A DNA stretch of 64,000 nt from Desulfocapsaceae bacterium (GTDB lineage Bacteria; Desulfobacterota; Desulfobulbia; Desulfobulbales; Desulfocapsaceae): positions 7,836 to 71,835 of the forward strand of contig JBJKQT010000107.1 in the NCBI GenBank assembly GCA_046705065.1, given 5' to 3'. A model generated the notes under the pieces. The model searched no databases. It had not been told where the DNA came from and saw nothing but the letters and a program-made list of their open reading frames with translations. The number at the start of each line of letters is the position of its first letter. Position 1 is the stretch's first letter. Below are positions 48,333-57,667 of the stretch, in pieces. Made by a program: the position numbers and the translations under genes.

Positions 48333-50693
48333 TTAATACGTATGCATGGTCCAAATACCGCAGGGACAAGTATCGGCGCAAAAGCCGCAGCCGATGCATT
48401 TCTTGTCGTCAGACACGTATTCGTACGTGACAGTATATCCGGCAATGGGACCGACTCCGCCTTCTGGCTTCAGGTCCTTTCTGCTGATGGCGCCTGTGGG
48501 ACAGATAGTCTCACAGAGGTGACAATCGCGGCAGGAGGCGCAGGACAGACACCTTTCGGCCTGATTTTCAGGAGAGGCGTCTAATTGGCCCGGCACATAG
48601 TGGGTGATGGTCAAGGCCTGTTGCGGTATGAGTTGCTTGGTAAAAGGCTTCCATTCCACCCCCTGGAATTTGGCAAGGATGAACTCGGCGGCTGTTTTGC
48701 CGGCTCCCAAGGCATGGGTGGCAAGACCGGGTTTTTCCACATCGCCTATGGCAAGGACTTTCTTATCGCTGGTGAGATGGGCCTTGTCCGTTTTGATCCA
48801 GGCAGCGCCACCGACGGTGACGGTGTCCACCGTTGCCGGTAGGAACGGCAGAGCGGGAACGTCGCCGATGGAGATAATAACCGTCTGGGCCGGGATCAAC
48901 TCTCCCGAATCGGTAACCAATCCTTTTGCGCTGACCTCTTTGGTGGCCACCGGCCAGCGGAAGGCTGCCCCAAGCGCCTCGGCACTTTCTTTTTCTTTCC
49001 CGAAGGCCAGGGGTTTCTGGATATCCACCAGAGTTACCGTTTCGGCTCCCAGGCGATAGGCTTCGCAGGCAACGTCGCAGCCGACGTTCCCTGCACCGAT
49101 GACAACCACTTTTTTGCCGATCGTGGGCGGCGTGTCGCTCTTGGCGCTCTTGAGGAAGTCAAGCGCTGCAATGACCCGCTCATGACCAGGGAACTGCAGG
49201 CGCCTCGGAGAATGGGTGCCCACGGCGACCACAACGTAATCAAAGTCTTTCTCCAACTCGGAGAATTTCTTCTTATCCATGTCCACGCCTAAATTAACGT
49301 GGATATTTGGCGTGGAGAGAAAACGTTCTATCTCTTGGTCCCAGATGGCCTGAGGCAATCTCTCCCATGGGATGACCTGGGCCAGTTTCCCGCCGATCTT
49401 TTTATCCTTTTCAAAGATATGAACTTCCACCCCGGCCAGGGCAAGCTGCCAGGCAGCATTCATTCCGCCGGGACCTGCACCGATAACTGCAACCTTCTTG
49501 CCGATGGATTCGGCCGCGGCAGGTGCTTTGAAGTGGCCTACGGCACGGCCTAAAATCTGGACGTCGATGGGTGCATCCACACCTTGTCTTGAACAGTTCT
49601 CGATGCAAAGATTGGGACAAATCGAGCCGCAGACAGCTGCGGGCAGTGGAGTGTATCTGAGCAGCATTTCGTAGGCTTCGTCGCTTCGTCCTTCCCGCAT
49701 CAGACGCAACCGGTCGACGGTTGGGATGTGTACCGGACAGTAGTAGGTACAAGGAGCTGCAGATTCGCAGTTGGCCCAGTATGGCCTGTTACGGCGCAGC
49801 TCGCCGGAGACGATGGCGTCAATGGGGCTTCGGTCTATTCCGGGGGCGATATCGCGCAGCGGGTCTCCTCCTCCGAAGGCGTTTTTCCAGAATTTCTCGC
49901 GAAATTCGGCCATGGGCATGGGGCCGGCAAACATCAGAGCCCGTTCCTGAGGCGTAATGGATACCAAAACCTGCCACTCTTCCCGTACAGACAAGGTGGT
50001 GTGCAGCTCCGGAGCCCCTATCTTTTCGAGATACTCTCCCATGCGCTCGCTCAGCCACTGCCATTGTTCATCGGTGGGTTTGTCGAGCCTGGAGTTGGTT
50101 TTCGAAAAAGAGCCGTCGATTTTTCCCCGGAAATAGATGAGGCCTCCAACCATTCCCACACATGGGCGGTAGCCGAGAACGTTGTCGGGATTCTTAGGGT
50201 CGATACCGCAAACCACAGCGATGCCGCCGCAGTTGAATTCGGCAAAGGAGTCACCGGTTGAACCAAGAACCCAGAGTTCGGGCTTTGTGTAATCCGGGTT
50301 CCATTTGGTCATGGTAAGTCCACGTGCGCCAATGGAGCCTTTGACGAAAACCTTGCCCATGGCCATGGCGTTGCAGGCGCCGTTGGTGGCATCGCCCAGT
50401 ACGGTGATCTCGGCACCGATGTTCAGATAGCCTACGTCGTCTGAGGTGCCGCCATGGCAGACAATGGTCGTCCCCGGCATTCCCATACAGCCGAGGCGTT
50501 GTCCGGACGGTCCGTTTACTTCGATATGGAGTCCGTCGGGTCGCTGAAGTCTGATACCGATATTATGTTGACCATAGGATTCGAGGGTAACATGGGAAGA
50601 CTCGCTTGCAGCCTTGCGGACCATCTTCTCGAAGTCCATGGAATTGATTCGCCGGCCTTGTTCGTCACGGCCTTTAACAACTATCATAGTCAC
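48333..50693 (-). CDS. glutamate synthase fusion subunit: GXGXG (GltB C-terminal) domain + GltD-like NAD(P)H/FAD oxidoreductase + C-terminal 2x[4Fe-4S] ferredoxin domain
   Basis: GXGXG-domain repeats run from GQRLGCMGMPGTTIVCHGGTSDDVGY... to VKGSIGARG. The GltD-like part has CPNLCIENC, VAVIGAGPGGMNAA and VVVIGAGNVGCDVA. The C-terminus carries CLSCASCRDCHLCETICP and CIGCGFCADTCP. Confidence 0.8.
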   Translation of the reverse strand: MTMIVVKGRDEQGRRINSMDFEKMVRKAASESSHVTLESYGQHNIGIRLQRPDGLHIEVNGPSGQRLGCMGMPGTTIVCHGGTSDDVGYLNIGAEITVLGDATNGACNAMAMGKVFVKGSIGARGLTMTKWNPDYTKPELWVLGSTGDSFAEFNCGGIAVVCGIDPKNPDNVLGYRPCVGMVGGLIYFRGKIDGSFSKTNSRLDKPTDEQWQWLSERMGEYLEKIGAPELHTTLSVREEWQVLVSITPQERALMFAGPMPMAEFREKFWKNAFGGGDPLRDIAPGIDRSPIDAIVSGELRRNRPYWANCESAAPCTYYCPVHIPTVDRLRLMREGRSDEAYEMLLRYTPLPAAVCGSICPNLCIENCSRQGVDAPIDVQILGRAVGHFKAPAAAESIGKKVAVIGAGPGGMNAAWQLALAGVEVHIFEKDKKIGGKLAQVIPWERLPQAIWDQEIERFLSTPNIHVNLGVDMDKKKFSELEKDFDYVVVAVGTHSPRRLQFPGHERVIAALDFLKSAKSDTPPTIGKKVVVIGAGNVGCDVACEAYRLGAETVTLVDIQKPLAFGKEKESAEALGAAFRWPVATKEVSAKGLVTDSGELIPAQTVIISIGDVPALPFLPATVDTVTVGGAAWIKTDKAHLTSDKKVLAIGDVEKPGLATHALGAGKTAAEFILAKFQGVEWKPFTKQLIPQQALTITHYVPGQLDASPENQAERCLSCASCRDCHLCETICPTGAISRKDLKPEGGVGPIAGYTVTYEYVSDDKKCIGCGFCADTCPCGIWTMHTY

Positions 50694-50817
50694 GAAAAAC
50701 TCCTTCTTTTAAAAGCAACTCGCGGCCGGACCAGGTACAAACCGACCGGGCCGTTTTGTTTATTGGAGCGTAAATCACGTCGTCTCATAGCAATCTGCAA
50801 CGGGATATTGGGCAAAA

Positions 50818-52458
50818 TCAGCAGACATATTTGATTTGCAGCCGCTCCGCCGCATCTTTGTCGGCAATTCCCAGCGCATCCGACATGCCGATGGGGAGAC
50901 TCTGTGATCGCCCCAAAGGCGCCATGATCTTTTTCACCTCGGTATTGATCGACATGAACACCTCGGCGACCCGTTCTGCGACCAGATCGGGGTCCAAACG
51001 CCGGTAGAGTTTCGGATTCTGGCTGGTGATACCTTTGGGACATATGCCTACGTTGCACACATTGCATCTATTTTTTTCGTTGCCGAGACACCCCGCAGTG
51101 GCCTGCATCATGTACTTGCCGATATGGACACCGGATGCTCCCAGCATGACGAGCGCCATGCCGTTCTGGGCGACATTGCCGTTTTTGCCGATGCCGCCTG
51201 CCGCGAATATCGGGATCTCGTTCTGTCTGCCCTGGGTCACCAGATCAAGATAGCATTCGCGGACGTTGGAGGCCACCGGATGCCCTGTGGCGTCCATGGA
51301 TACGTTGTAGGCCGCGCCTGTTCCACCGTCGATACCGTCGATGACAAGTCCTCCGGCATAGGGGTTGCGGACCAGATTATTCAAAACGGATTTGGCCGAG
51401 GTCGAGGCTGATATTTTCGGGTAGACCGGCACCTTATGGTCAAAGGCGGTGGAAAGAGTCTGGATCATCTTCATGACGCTCTCTTCGATGGAATAGAGGG
51501 TCTGATGAACAGGGGGCGATGGAAGATCGACACCTTCGGGTACGCCGCGCAGGCGGGCGATCAGCTTGGAAACCTTGAACCACATTAAAAGCCCGCCGTC
51601 TCCGGGTTTGGCACCCTGACCATATTTGATCTCGATGGCTGCCGGATCGCACTGCATGTGCGGTATGGCCCTGATAATCTCATCCCAGCCGAAATAGCCG
51701 GAGGCGATCTGCAAGATCAGGTATTTCAGGTATTGGCTTTTCAGGACCCAAGGCGGACAGCCGCCTTCACCGGTGCACATTACAACCGGGATCCCTAAAA
51801 CCTCGTTGCAGTAGGCAACACCCTGCAAAAGACCGAGCCACATGTTCGGAGACAGCGCGCCGAACGACATGGAGCCGATCACAAAAGGAAAGATCTGACG
51901 GGTCGGTGGAATCCAGCCGCCGTTTATTGTTCTTTTTAAGAATTCTTCGGGAGGCAGGACACGACCCAGAGTCGTCGTCACGGTGAACTCATGCCGGCCG
52001 GCATCCAATGCCGGGTCGGTAAGCATGGAGATGCGGTCGAAGAGAATCTTGTCAAGCAGGTTCGGGCCGCTCGCATTTCTGCGGCCGCCTCGTTTGCGCG
52101 GCTCACCCTTTTGGTTGTGGTAGAAGAGCGTGCGGTTTTCGTTGGAGTTCGGCACCGGGCCGATGGCCTCGTTGGGGCAGACCATGGAACACATTCCGCA
52201 ACCGATACAGGCGTTGGTCATGTTGGTTCGTTGACGGATCCCTACAAAGGTTCGGTATTCATTGCCGCGGTTTTTATTAAGGATGTCGAGCTTCGGCATT
52301 CTCTGGCGTCGATGGGCCAGGTAAATCGCATTCTTCGGACAGACCGAGGTGCAGTTGCCGCAGAGGGTGCATCGGTCCTCACGGTGCTCGACGATCCAGG
52401 GGAAATCGCTGTAGGTCAGGCTGCTTGGGGTAACGGATACGGATCGTACTGAGACCAT
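50818..52458 (-). CDS. glutamate synthase FMN-binding (central) domain subunit with N-terminal 2x[4Fe-4S] motifs
   Basis: CTLCGNCTSVCP and CIGCGMCSMVCP, then the GltS FMN-domain stretch IEIKYGQGAKPGDGG...PPVHQTLYSIE...IDGIDGGTGAA...AAGGI. Confidence 0.85.
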   Translation of the reverse strand: MVSVRSVSVTPSSLTYSDFPWIVEHREDRCTLCGNCTSVCPKNAIYLAHRRQRMPKLDILNKNRGNEYRTFVGIRQRTNMTNACIGCGMCSMVCPNEAIGPVPNSNENRTLFYHNQKGEPRKRGGRRNASGPNLLDKILFDRISMLTDPALDAGRHEFTVTTTLGRVLPPEEFLKRTINGGWIPPTRQIFPFVIGSMSFGALSPNMWLGLLQGVAYCNEVLGIPVVMCTGEGGCPPWVLKSQYLKYLILQIASGYFGWDEIIRAIPHMQCDPAAIEIKYGQGAKPGDGGLLMWFKVSKLIARLRGVPEGVDLPSPPVHQTLYSIEESVMKMIQTLSTAFDHKVPVYPKISASTSAKSVLNNLVRNPYAGGLVIDGIDGGTGAAYNVSMDATGHPVASNVRECYLDLVTQGRQNEIPIFAAGGIGKNGNVAQNGMALVMLGASGVHIGKYMMQATAGCLGNEKNRCNVCNVGICPKGITSQNPKLYRRLDPDLVAERVAEVFMSINTEVKKIMAPLGRSQSLPIGMSDALGIADKDAAERLQIKYVC

Positions 52459-53558
52459 ATTGTCAATTCCTTTCTATCTGGTGGGATAATAATTGTATGT
52501 TCGCGCATGGGTTGGAAGTCATAGACGGGATCCCGGTCGGGAACCATCGCATTCACACCGCACATTTCGGAGGCGATGGCCCAAGTTCCAGGTTTGCCGC
52601 CGACAATGGCCGGCCTCATCTTCTTTTGGTCCATGACCAGCATACAGGTCTCGTCGGGAAGTGTGCCGATGACGGCGTTGGGGCCGTCGATGATAAGCCT
52701 TCTGCAGACATTGCGCAACCCCATCAGGAATTCTCCCTGAGGATGGTTTTCCAGCTCGCTGGGACTCAGCGGAGTGATGATGTGTTTATAAGCCTGAAGA
52801 GGCAGTTTCAACATCTTTAGAGTATAATGAAGGATATGGGTAAAGACCTCGGAATCACTCTGATACCCCATATAACCGGGGTAAGATTTGCCGAGCAGCC
52901 AATCGCGGATCGGCACAAAGGCGGTGTTTTCGCCGTTGGTCATCGTGGAGATGCCTTGGAGAAAAAATGGATGGCACGCGTAGAGGTTGATGCCGTAATT
53001 GGTGTTCTGTCTTCCCTGGGCCATGCAGATGCGGGATTTGATCTGACCGTCATGTAAGCAAAGGATTTCCCCGACTTCAAGCGGCCAGCCGACTTCCTTT
53101 ATAACGGTTACGTCGGGCCAGAATGAATAGACAGTGAGATCTCCGCCGTTCTCCTCGCCGTCCTTTCTCAAGGCAAGGCGGGTAAGCATGAGCTCTTCTT
53201 CTTTTTCCTCTTTTGTGGCATTGGAAAACCGGTCGGGCATACGGTATGCCCGTACAAAATAACGAAATCGATCTTTGGACTGAATCAGGTCCCTGCGCAT
53301 CGCGAACTTATGATCGTATTTCAGCTCGTAACCGCGATTTTCCATGAAATCGTCGAGACGGTGCCAAGATTTTTCGCTGTGGGCTATTCCGGAAAGGATG
53401 GGGAATTTCGGGTTGTATTTGAAATCCTCGAATTCCATGCCCCTGAGAAGGATGCCTAAGCCGGAGCCGTCGTAGCCTTCCTTCATGGCTTCCATGGCTG
53501 TCAGAACCTCGTAGGGTGAAAAAGGTTCATTGGCTGTTTTCAGGGCTAAACGACACAT
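52416..53558 (-). CDS. glutamate synthase glutamine amidotransferase (class II, Ntn) subunit
   Basis: Starts MCRLALK, with Cys2 as the Ntn nucleophile position. The ~380-aa GATase-2-like protein is first in the three-gene cluster. Confidence 0.75.
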   Translation of the reverse strand: MCRLALKTANEPFSPYEVLTAMEAMKEGYDGSGLGILLRGMEFEDFKYNPKFPILSGIAHSEKSWHRLDDFMENRGYELKYDHKFAMRRDLIQSKDRFRYFVRAYRMPDRFSNATKEEKEEELMLTRLALRKDGEENGGDLTVYSFWPDVTVIKEVGWPLEVGEILCLHDGQIKSRICMAQGRQNTNYGINLYACHPFFLQGISTMTNGENTAFVPIRDWLLGKSYPGYMGYQSDSEVFTHILHYTLKMLKLPLQAYKHIITPLSPSELENHPQGEFLMGLRNVCRRLIIDGPNAVIGTLPDETCMLVMDQKKMRPAIVGGKPGTWAIASEMCGVNAMVPDRDPVYDFQPMREHTIIIPPDRKELTIWSQYDPYPLPQAA

Positions 53559-53606
53559 GCTTTTCTCCTGATTGAAATTGTGCTACTACCCGGAGGTAAT
53601 TCTGCC

Positions 53607-53622
53607 GGCAAGAGGAAAACCA
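53607..53622 (-). promoter_or_regulatory. weak sigma-54-like element upstream of the glutamate synthase cluster
   Basis: The minus strand reads TGGTTTT-CCTC-TTGCC, with correct GG-N10-GC spacing, ~50-65 nt upstream of ATG 53558. Only the core dinucleotides and the flanking T residues match. Confidence 0.25.
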
Positions 53623-54193
53623 TTGGAATCCGCTGCCTGATAACACATAGAAAAATAATTTTTCCTGCAACCGGTATCTTTAAATGCCTAACTCTTTTTG
53701 GCCTGACATCGGACACGACGCCGCAGGAAGTTTTTTTATTTTTATCGCAATTTTGTAATATTTTTATCCAGTGGGATGACAATGATGACAATATTGCGAC
53801 GGACCTGAACTATTACATTGAAGGTAGTGAAAAGTCAAGAGGGATTCAGGAAAATGGCCTGAGTTCGCAATGATGCTATAGGATCGAGGAAAAGCTGCCG
53901 AAAAGATGATGTACCGGCTTGGATACGAGCTGTTTGGACCACCGGTCGCAAGGAGAGAAGACTACCGAGAGAAGACTACCAGGGGTGTCGGAAAAATATC
54001 GGCCCCGATGAATGAGCGAGGGCGTAAAAGATTGCCCACAAAGGGGGAAGATCGGATGGGGGGAAGGAAAAGAGTTTTTGGGGATCCGCCTGGACAAGGT
54101 ATCGTTAAGGTATCGCCCTGCGGATATCGGGTTGGAAAAGACTCCCATGGAGTTAAAGAGACGACTGGAGCATTATCGGAGCGAAGTCGTTAT

Positions 54194-54661
54194 ATGGGCG
54201 GCGTCGTAACGAAAATGGTGGAGAAGGTGATTGGACGGCATATTGTTCTGCATGATCTTCTTGGCCCTGATGATTTCGCGTCGCTTTATTCAGGCAAGGG
54301 CACGGGCCGGCCGTTGTGGAGGTATCGGCATGATCGTGGGGTGCCGTTTAGAGCCACTTTGCTCCGTTTTGATCTTGACTTCAAGAAGAAGCACATGACG
54401 GTCCTGTCAACGGGATATTTGGAACTTGTTCCCGGAAGGAAAATCCCGCTTTTGATGGAATTAACTGTGGAGAGGATCGGAGTTTCACTTCAAAGCGTTG
54501 TGATGCGGGGAGGTGAAAAAACGACCCCGCTCACATTCCACTTCGATTCCGGTCCCGATGTTTTCAGTGAAATCGCCTTTTCCTTCGATATCGGAGAAGG
54601 AAACAGGCCGTATGGTATATCGGGTTGCGGATTCCTTGCCTTTCCGGACCGGACATTATAA
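54194..54661 (+). CDS. hypothetical protein
   Basis: This is the 3' part of ORF 53906..54661. The upstream third is Arg/Gly-rich and non-protein-like. The start (54194 or 54215) is uncertain, there is no clear RBS, and I recognise no family. Confidence 0.3.
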   Translation: MGGVVTKMVEKVIGRHIVLHDLLGPDDFASLYSGKGTGRPLWRYRHDRGVPFRATLLRFDLDFKKKHMTVLSTGYLELVPGRKIPLLMELTVERIGVSLQSVVMRGGEKTTPLTFHFDSGPDVFSEIAFSFDIGEGNRPYGISGCGFLAFPDRTL

Positions 54662-54717
54662 CACTCCGAAAGGACAGAGGACGTTGAGGCTTGGCGAACT
54701 GGCGATGATCCTGCCGT

Positions 54718-54939
54718 CTATTTCAGAATATTGCCGATATTCTTGACTTGGTCGATTTTTTGTTTGACTTCGGCGACTTCTTTTACTCCGGGAATGTCCT
54801 CGGCCTCTTTCAGTCCCTGTTTAAAAGAAGAGATTGCCTTGCCGAGACCGGCACCGACTTCGGGGAGTTTTTTACCGCCGAAAACTAAAAAGGCAATGGC
54901 CAAAATGACGATCAATTCAGGTGTTCCGAGTCCAAACAT
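54718..54939 (-). CDS. tatA: twin-arginine translocase TatA/E family protein
   Basis: MFGLGTPELIVILAIAFLVFGGKKLPEVGAGLGKAISSFK. Confidence 0.85.
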   Translation of the reverse strand: MFGLGTPELIVILAIAFLVFGGKKLPEVGAGLGKAISSFKQGLKEAEDIPGVKEVAEVKQKIDQVKNIGNILK

Positions 54940-54984
54940 AGTGTGTCCTGTACTGTAAAGTGGATCTTAAGGGTGCGGTTCTGA

Positions 54985-55170
54985 TCAAGCGGCGGAATCC
55001 GGCTTGTCGTCGCCATCGATCTTTTTTGTTTCTTCGCTCTTTGTGGCTTCCTTGAAATTCTTGATTCCTTTTCCGATTCCGGCGCCTATTTCCGGCAGCT
55101 TGCCGGCGCCGAAAATTATCACGACAATGACCAGAATAACCAGGAGTTCCGGCATACCAAGTCCGAACAT
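54985..55170 (-). CDS. tatA: twin-arginine translocase TatA/E family protein
   Basis: [40 protein letters not shown]. Confidence 0.85.
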   Translation of the reverse strand: MFGLGMPELLVILVIVVIIFGAGKLPEIGAGIGKGIKNFKEATKSEETKKIDGDDKPDSAA

Positions 55171-55384
55171 AAAAACACCTCGATTCAGAAATTCTTGCTA
55201 TAAAAACGGTCTTTAAAACTCAAAAATCAGACCTTTTCACGATTGTCATGGCCGGATACACGTTGCTGTTCCGCCATGCCTTGGGCCCGGAGGGCGGCTG
55301 TCGTTTTCGGACAACCCTCAAGCCTAGGTCGAATTTAGATCAGTACCACGAGAAAGTCAAGGCCTACAACGGCTGCCACAAAAA

Positions 55385-56728
55385 TCATATTTTAGCAAGA
55401 GCCCGGTGGTTCCGGATGTCCTGGCTGATCTCGATCATCTTGGTTACAATCTCCTGTTCATCAATGGTCAGCAGCCGGCGGTTGTGCATAATCTGCCGGC
55501 CGTTGATGAAAGAATGGATGACATCCGCACCGCGTGCCGTATATACCAGGTGGGAGGGGATATTGTAAATGGGGGTCAGATGAGGCTGATTGAGGTCGAG
55601 CACGATGACGTCGGCCTTTTTGCCCGGAGAGAGCGAGCCGATCTTATCTCCGGCCCCTAATGCTTCGGCTCCTCCTTGCGTTGCTGCATGCAGCGTTGTT
55701 TCGGCATCCATGACGGTGGGGTCCATGCAGGCAACCTTATGGACTTTGGCCACGCTGTTCATTTCCGAAAACATGTCCACATCGTTATTGCTGGCACTGC
55801 CGTCGGTTCCGATGGACACAGTGATTCCCCGGTCCAGCATCTTGACCACCGGTGCGGTTCCGGAGGCAAGCTTCATATTGGATTCGAGACAATGAGCCAC
55901 CTTGACCTTGCGTGCTGCCAACAGATCGATTTCCTCATCGTTCAAGACGACGCAATGGTCGGCCAGCGTTCTCTCGTTGAGCACTCCGAGGTTTTTTAGA
56001 TGGTCCACCGGTGAGCATCCGTATTGTTGTTTGCAGGTGGCGACCTCCGTCTCGGTTTCTGAGAGATGTATCACGTAAAGGCTTCCCTGCTCACCTGCCA
56101 TCTCCCCCAGTTGCTGTAAAAGATCCGGCGAGCAGGTATAGACGCTGTGAGGATCGCAGGTTACTGAGATCAGCGGATGATTGGTGTATCGCTTAAACAT
56201 CTCCCGGACATAGTTAAAACCATTGGAGAGTTCGCCATAGCTTGGTGAGGGGAAATCATAGAGAACCTCGCCGATCCAGGCACGCATACCGCCGTGATCG
56301 ACGGCTCGTGCCACGTCATCTGCAAAGAGATACATATCGCAAAAGCTCGTCGTTCCGGATTTGATCATCTCAGCCATGGACAACAGGGTCGCATGGTAGA
56401 CAATATCGCCGGTCAATTGGGCTTCGATGGGGAAGATATGATCCTGCAGCCAGGTCATGAGCGGAAGATCGTCGGCCAAGCCGCGGAAACAGGTCATGGC
56501 TGCATGGGTGTGGGTGTTTATCAAACCGGGCATGACCAATCCATGGGGCTCGTGGAGACGTTTTGCCTTTGGGTAGAGACGAACAAGCTCGTTCGTCGGG
56601 CCGATGGCAGCGATGGTGTCGCCGGCAATGGCGATCCCGGCATTCTCCATCAGCTCGGTTTGAGAGCAGCCGGGCAGGAGATAACGACCGGTGAGGAGAA
56701 GATCAACGCTGGTTGCCGGAGTGGTCAT
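55385..56728 (-). CDS. mtaD: 5-methylthioadenosine/S-adenosylhomocysteine deaminase (amidohydrolase)
   Basis: GLINTHTHAAMTCFRGLADDLPLMTWLQDHIFP, HLSETE and GTDGSASNN are typical of the MtaD family. Confidence 0.75.
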   Translation of the reverse strand: MTTPATSVDLLLTGRYLLPGCSQTELMENAGIAIAGDTIAAIGPTNELVRLYPKAKRLHEPHGLVMPGLINTHTHAAMTCFRGLADDLPLMTWLQDHIFPIEAQLTGDIVYHATLLSMAEMIKSGTTSFCDMYLFADDVARAVDHGGMRAWIGEVLYDFPSPSYGELSNGFNYVREMFKRYTNHPLISVTCDPHSVYTCSPDLLQQLGEMAGEQGSLYVIHLSETETEVATCKQQYGCSPVDHLKNLGVLNERTLADHCVVLNDEEIDLLAARKVKVAHCLESNMKLASGTAPVVKMLDRGITVSIGTDGSASNNDVDMFSEMNSVAKVHKVACMDPTVMDAETTLHAATQGGAEALGAGDKIGSLSPGKKADVIVLDLNQPHLTPIYNIPSHLVYTARGADVIHSFINGRQIMHNRRLLTIDEQEIVTKMIEISQDIRNHRALAKI

Positions 56729-56787
56729 GATGGAAACCCCTTAGTAATGGATTCAGGTTACCCAATCCGGAATCCTGGAGAAAAATA

Positions 56788-57663
56788 TCAGACAGCTTGA
56801 ATTCTTTTCACGATTTCGAGGATCAAGCATTTCAGCTGAGGTGTTACCCTGGATGCCGTTGCAATGACATCTTCAATGGTTATGGGTTGGAAGTCGTCGG
56901 GGTTGTTGACGTTCGAGACAACCGAAAGTCCAAGGACCGAGAGGCCGCCATGCAGAGCAACCAAAACTTCCGGAACCGAAGACATTCCGACGGCGTCCGC
57001 CCCGCATTCTCGCAGCCAACGCGTTTCTGCCGGGGTCTCCAAACTGGGCCCCGGAATGCAGACATATACTCCCGTGATAACGTTTTTCAGCCCGCAGTGA
57101 TGGGCGCTATCCAATGCGGTCTTAATCAATTGCGGATCATACGGGCAGGACATGTCGGGGAAACGAGGTCCCCAGCTGTCTACGTTTCTTCCTCGCAACG
57201 GGTTTTCACCAAGGAAATTGAGGTGGTCTCTGATGACCATGATCGACCCGGGCGTGAACAGCGGGTTGAGGCCGCCTGCGGCGTTTGTCAGCAGTAAGGT
57301 CTTTGCTCCCAGAAGGGACAGGACCCTGATGGGAAAAGCAACCTCCTTGGTGGAATAGCCTTCATAATAATGAAATCTTCCCTGCAAAGCAGCCACCGGG
57401 TGGCCTTCAAGCCGGCCTAGGATCAGATTTCCCTTGTGGCTTTCGACCGTCGATTGCGGAAAGTGAGGGATTTCAGTATAGGGGATGACGGCGGTCGGCT
57501 CCATCCGATCAGCCACATCGCCCAGTCCTGTTCCCAGCGAGAGGATTGTTCGCGGAGTAAACGGGAACTTGGCCTTGAGAAAGGCGACACTTTCCTCCAC
57601 CTGGAGCCGATATGGGTCAACTTGTTCCGACATGCCTTGATCCGTATTTTCCCCTTCTGCCAC
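56788..57663 (-). CDS. purine nucleoside phosphorylase (trimeric PNP family; possibly methylthioinosine phosphorylase)
   Basis: LGTGLG...IPYTEIPHFPQSTVESHKGNLILG.LEG..V.ALQGRFHYYEGYS, GADAVGMS..PE. The start lies 4 nt after the thrC stop. Confidence 0.8.
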   Translation of the reverse strand: MAEGENTDQGMSEQVDPYRLQVEESVAFLKAKFPFTPRTILSLGTGLGDVADRMEPTAVIPYTEIPHFPQSTVESHKGNLILGRLEGHPVAALQGRFHYYEGYSTKEVAFPIRVLSLLGAKTLLLTNAAGGLNPLFTPGSIMVIRDHLNFLGENPLRGRNVDSWGPRFPDMSCPYDPQLIKTALDSAHHCGLKNVITGVYVCIPGPSLETPAETRWLRECGADAVGMSSVPEVLVALHGGLSVLGLSVVSNVNNPDDFQPITIEDVIATASRVTPQLKCLILEIVKRIQAV

Positions 57664-57667
57664 GTGC

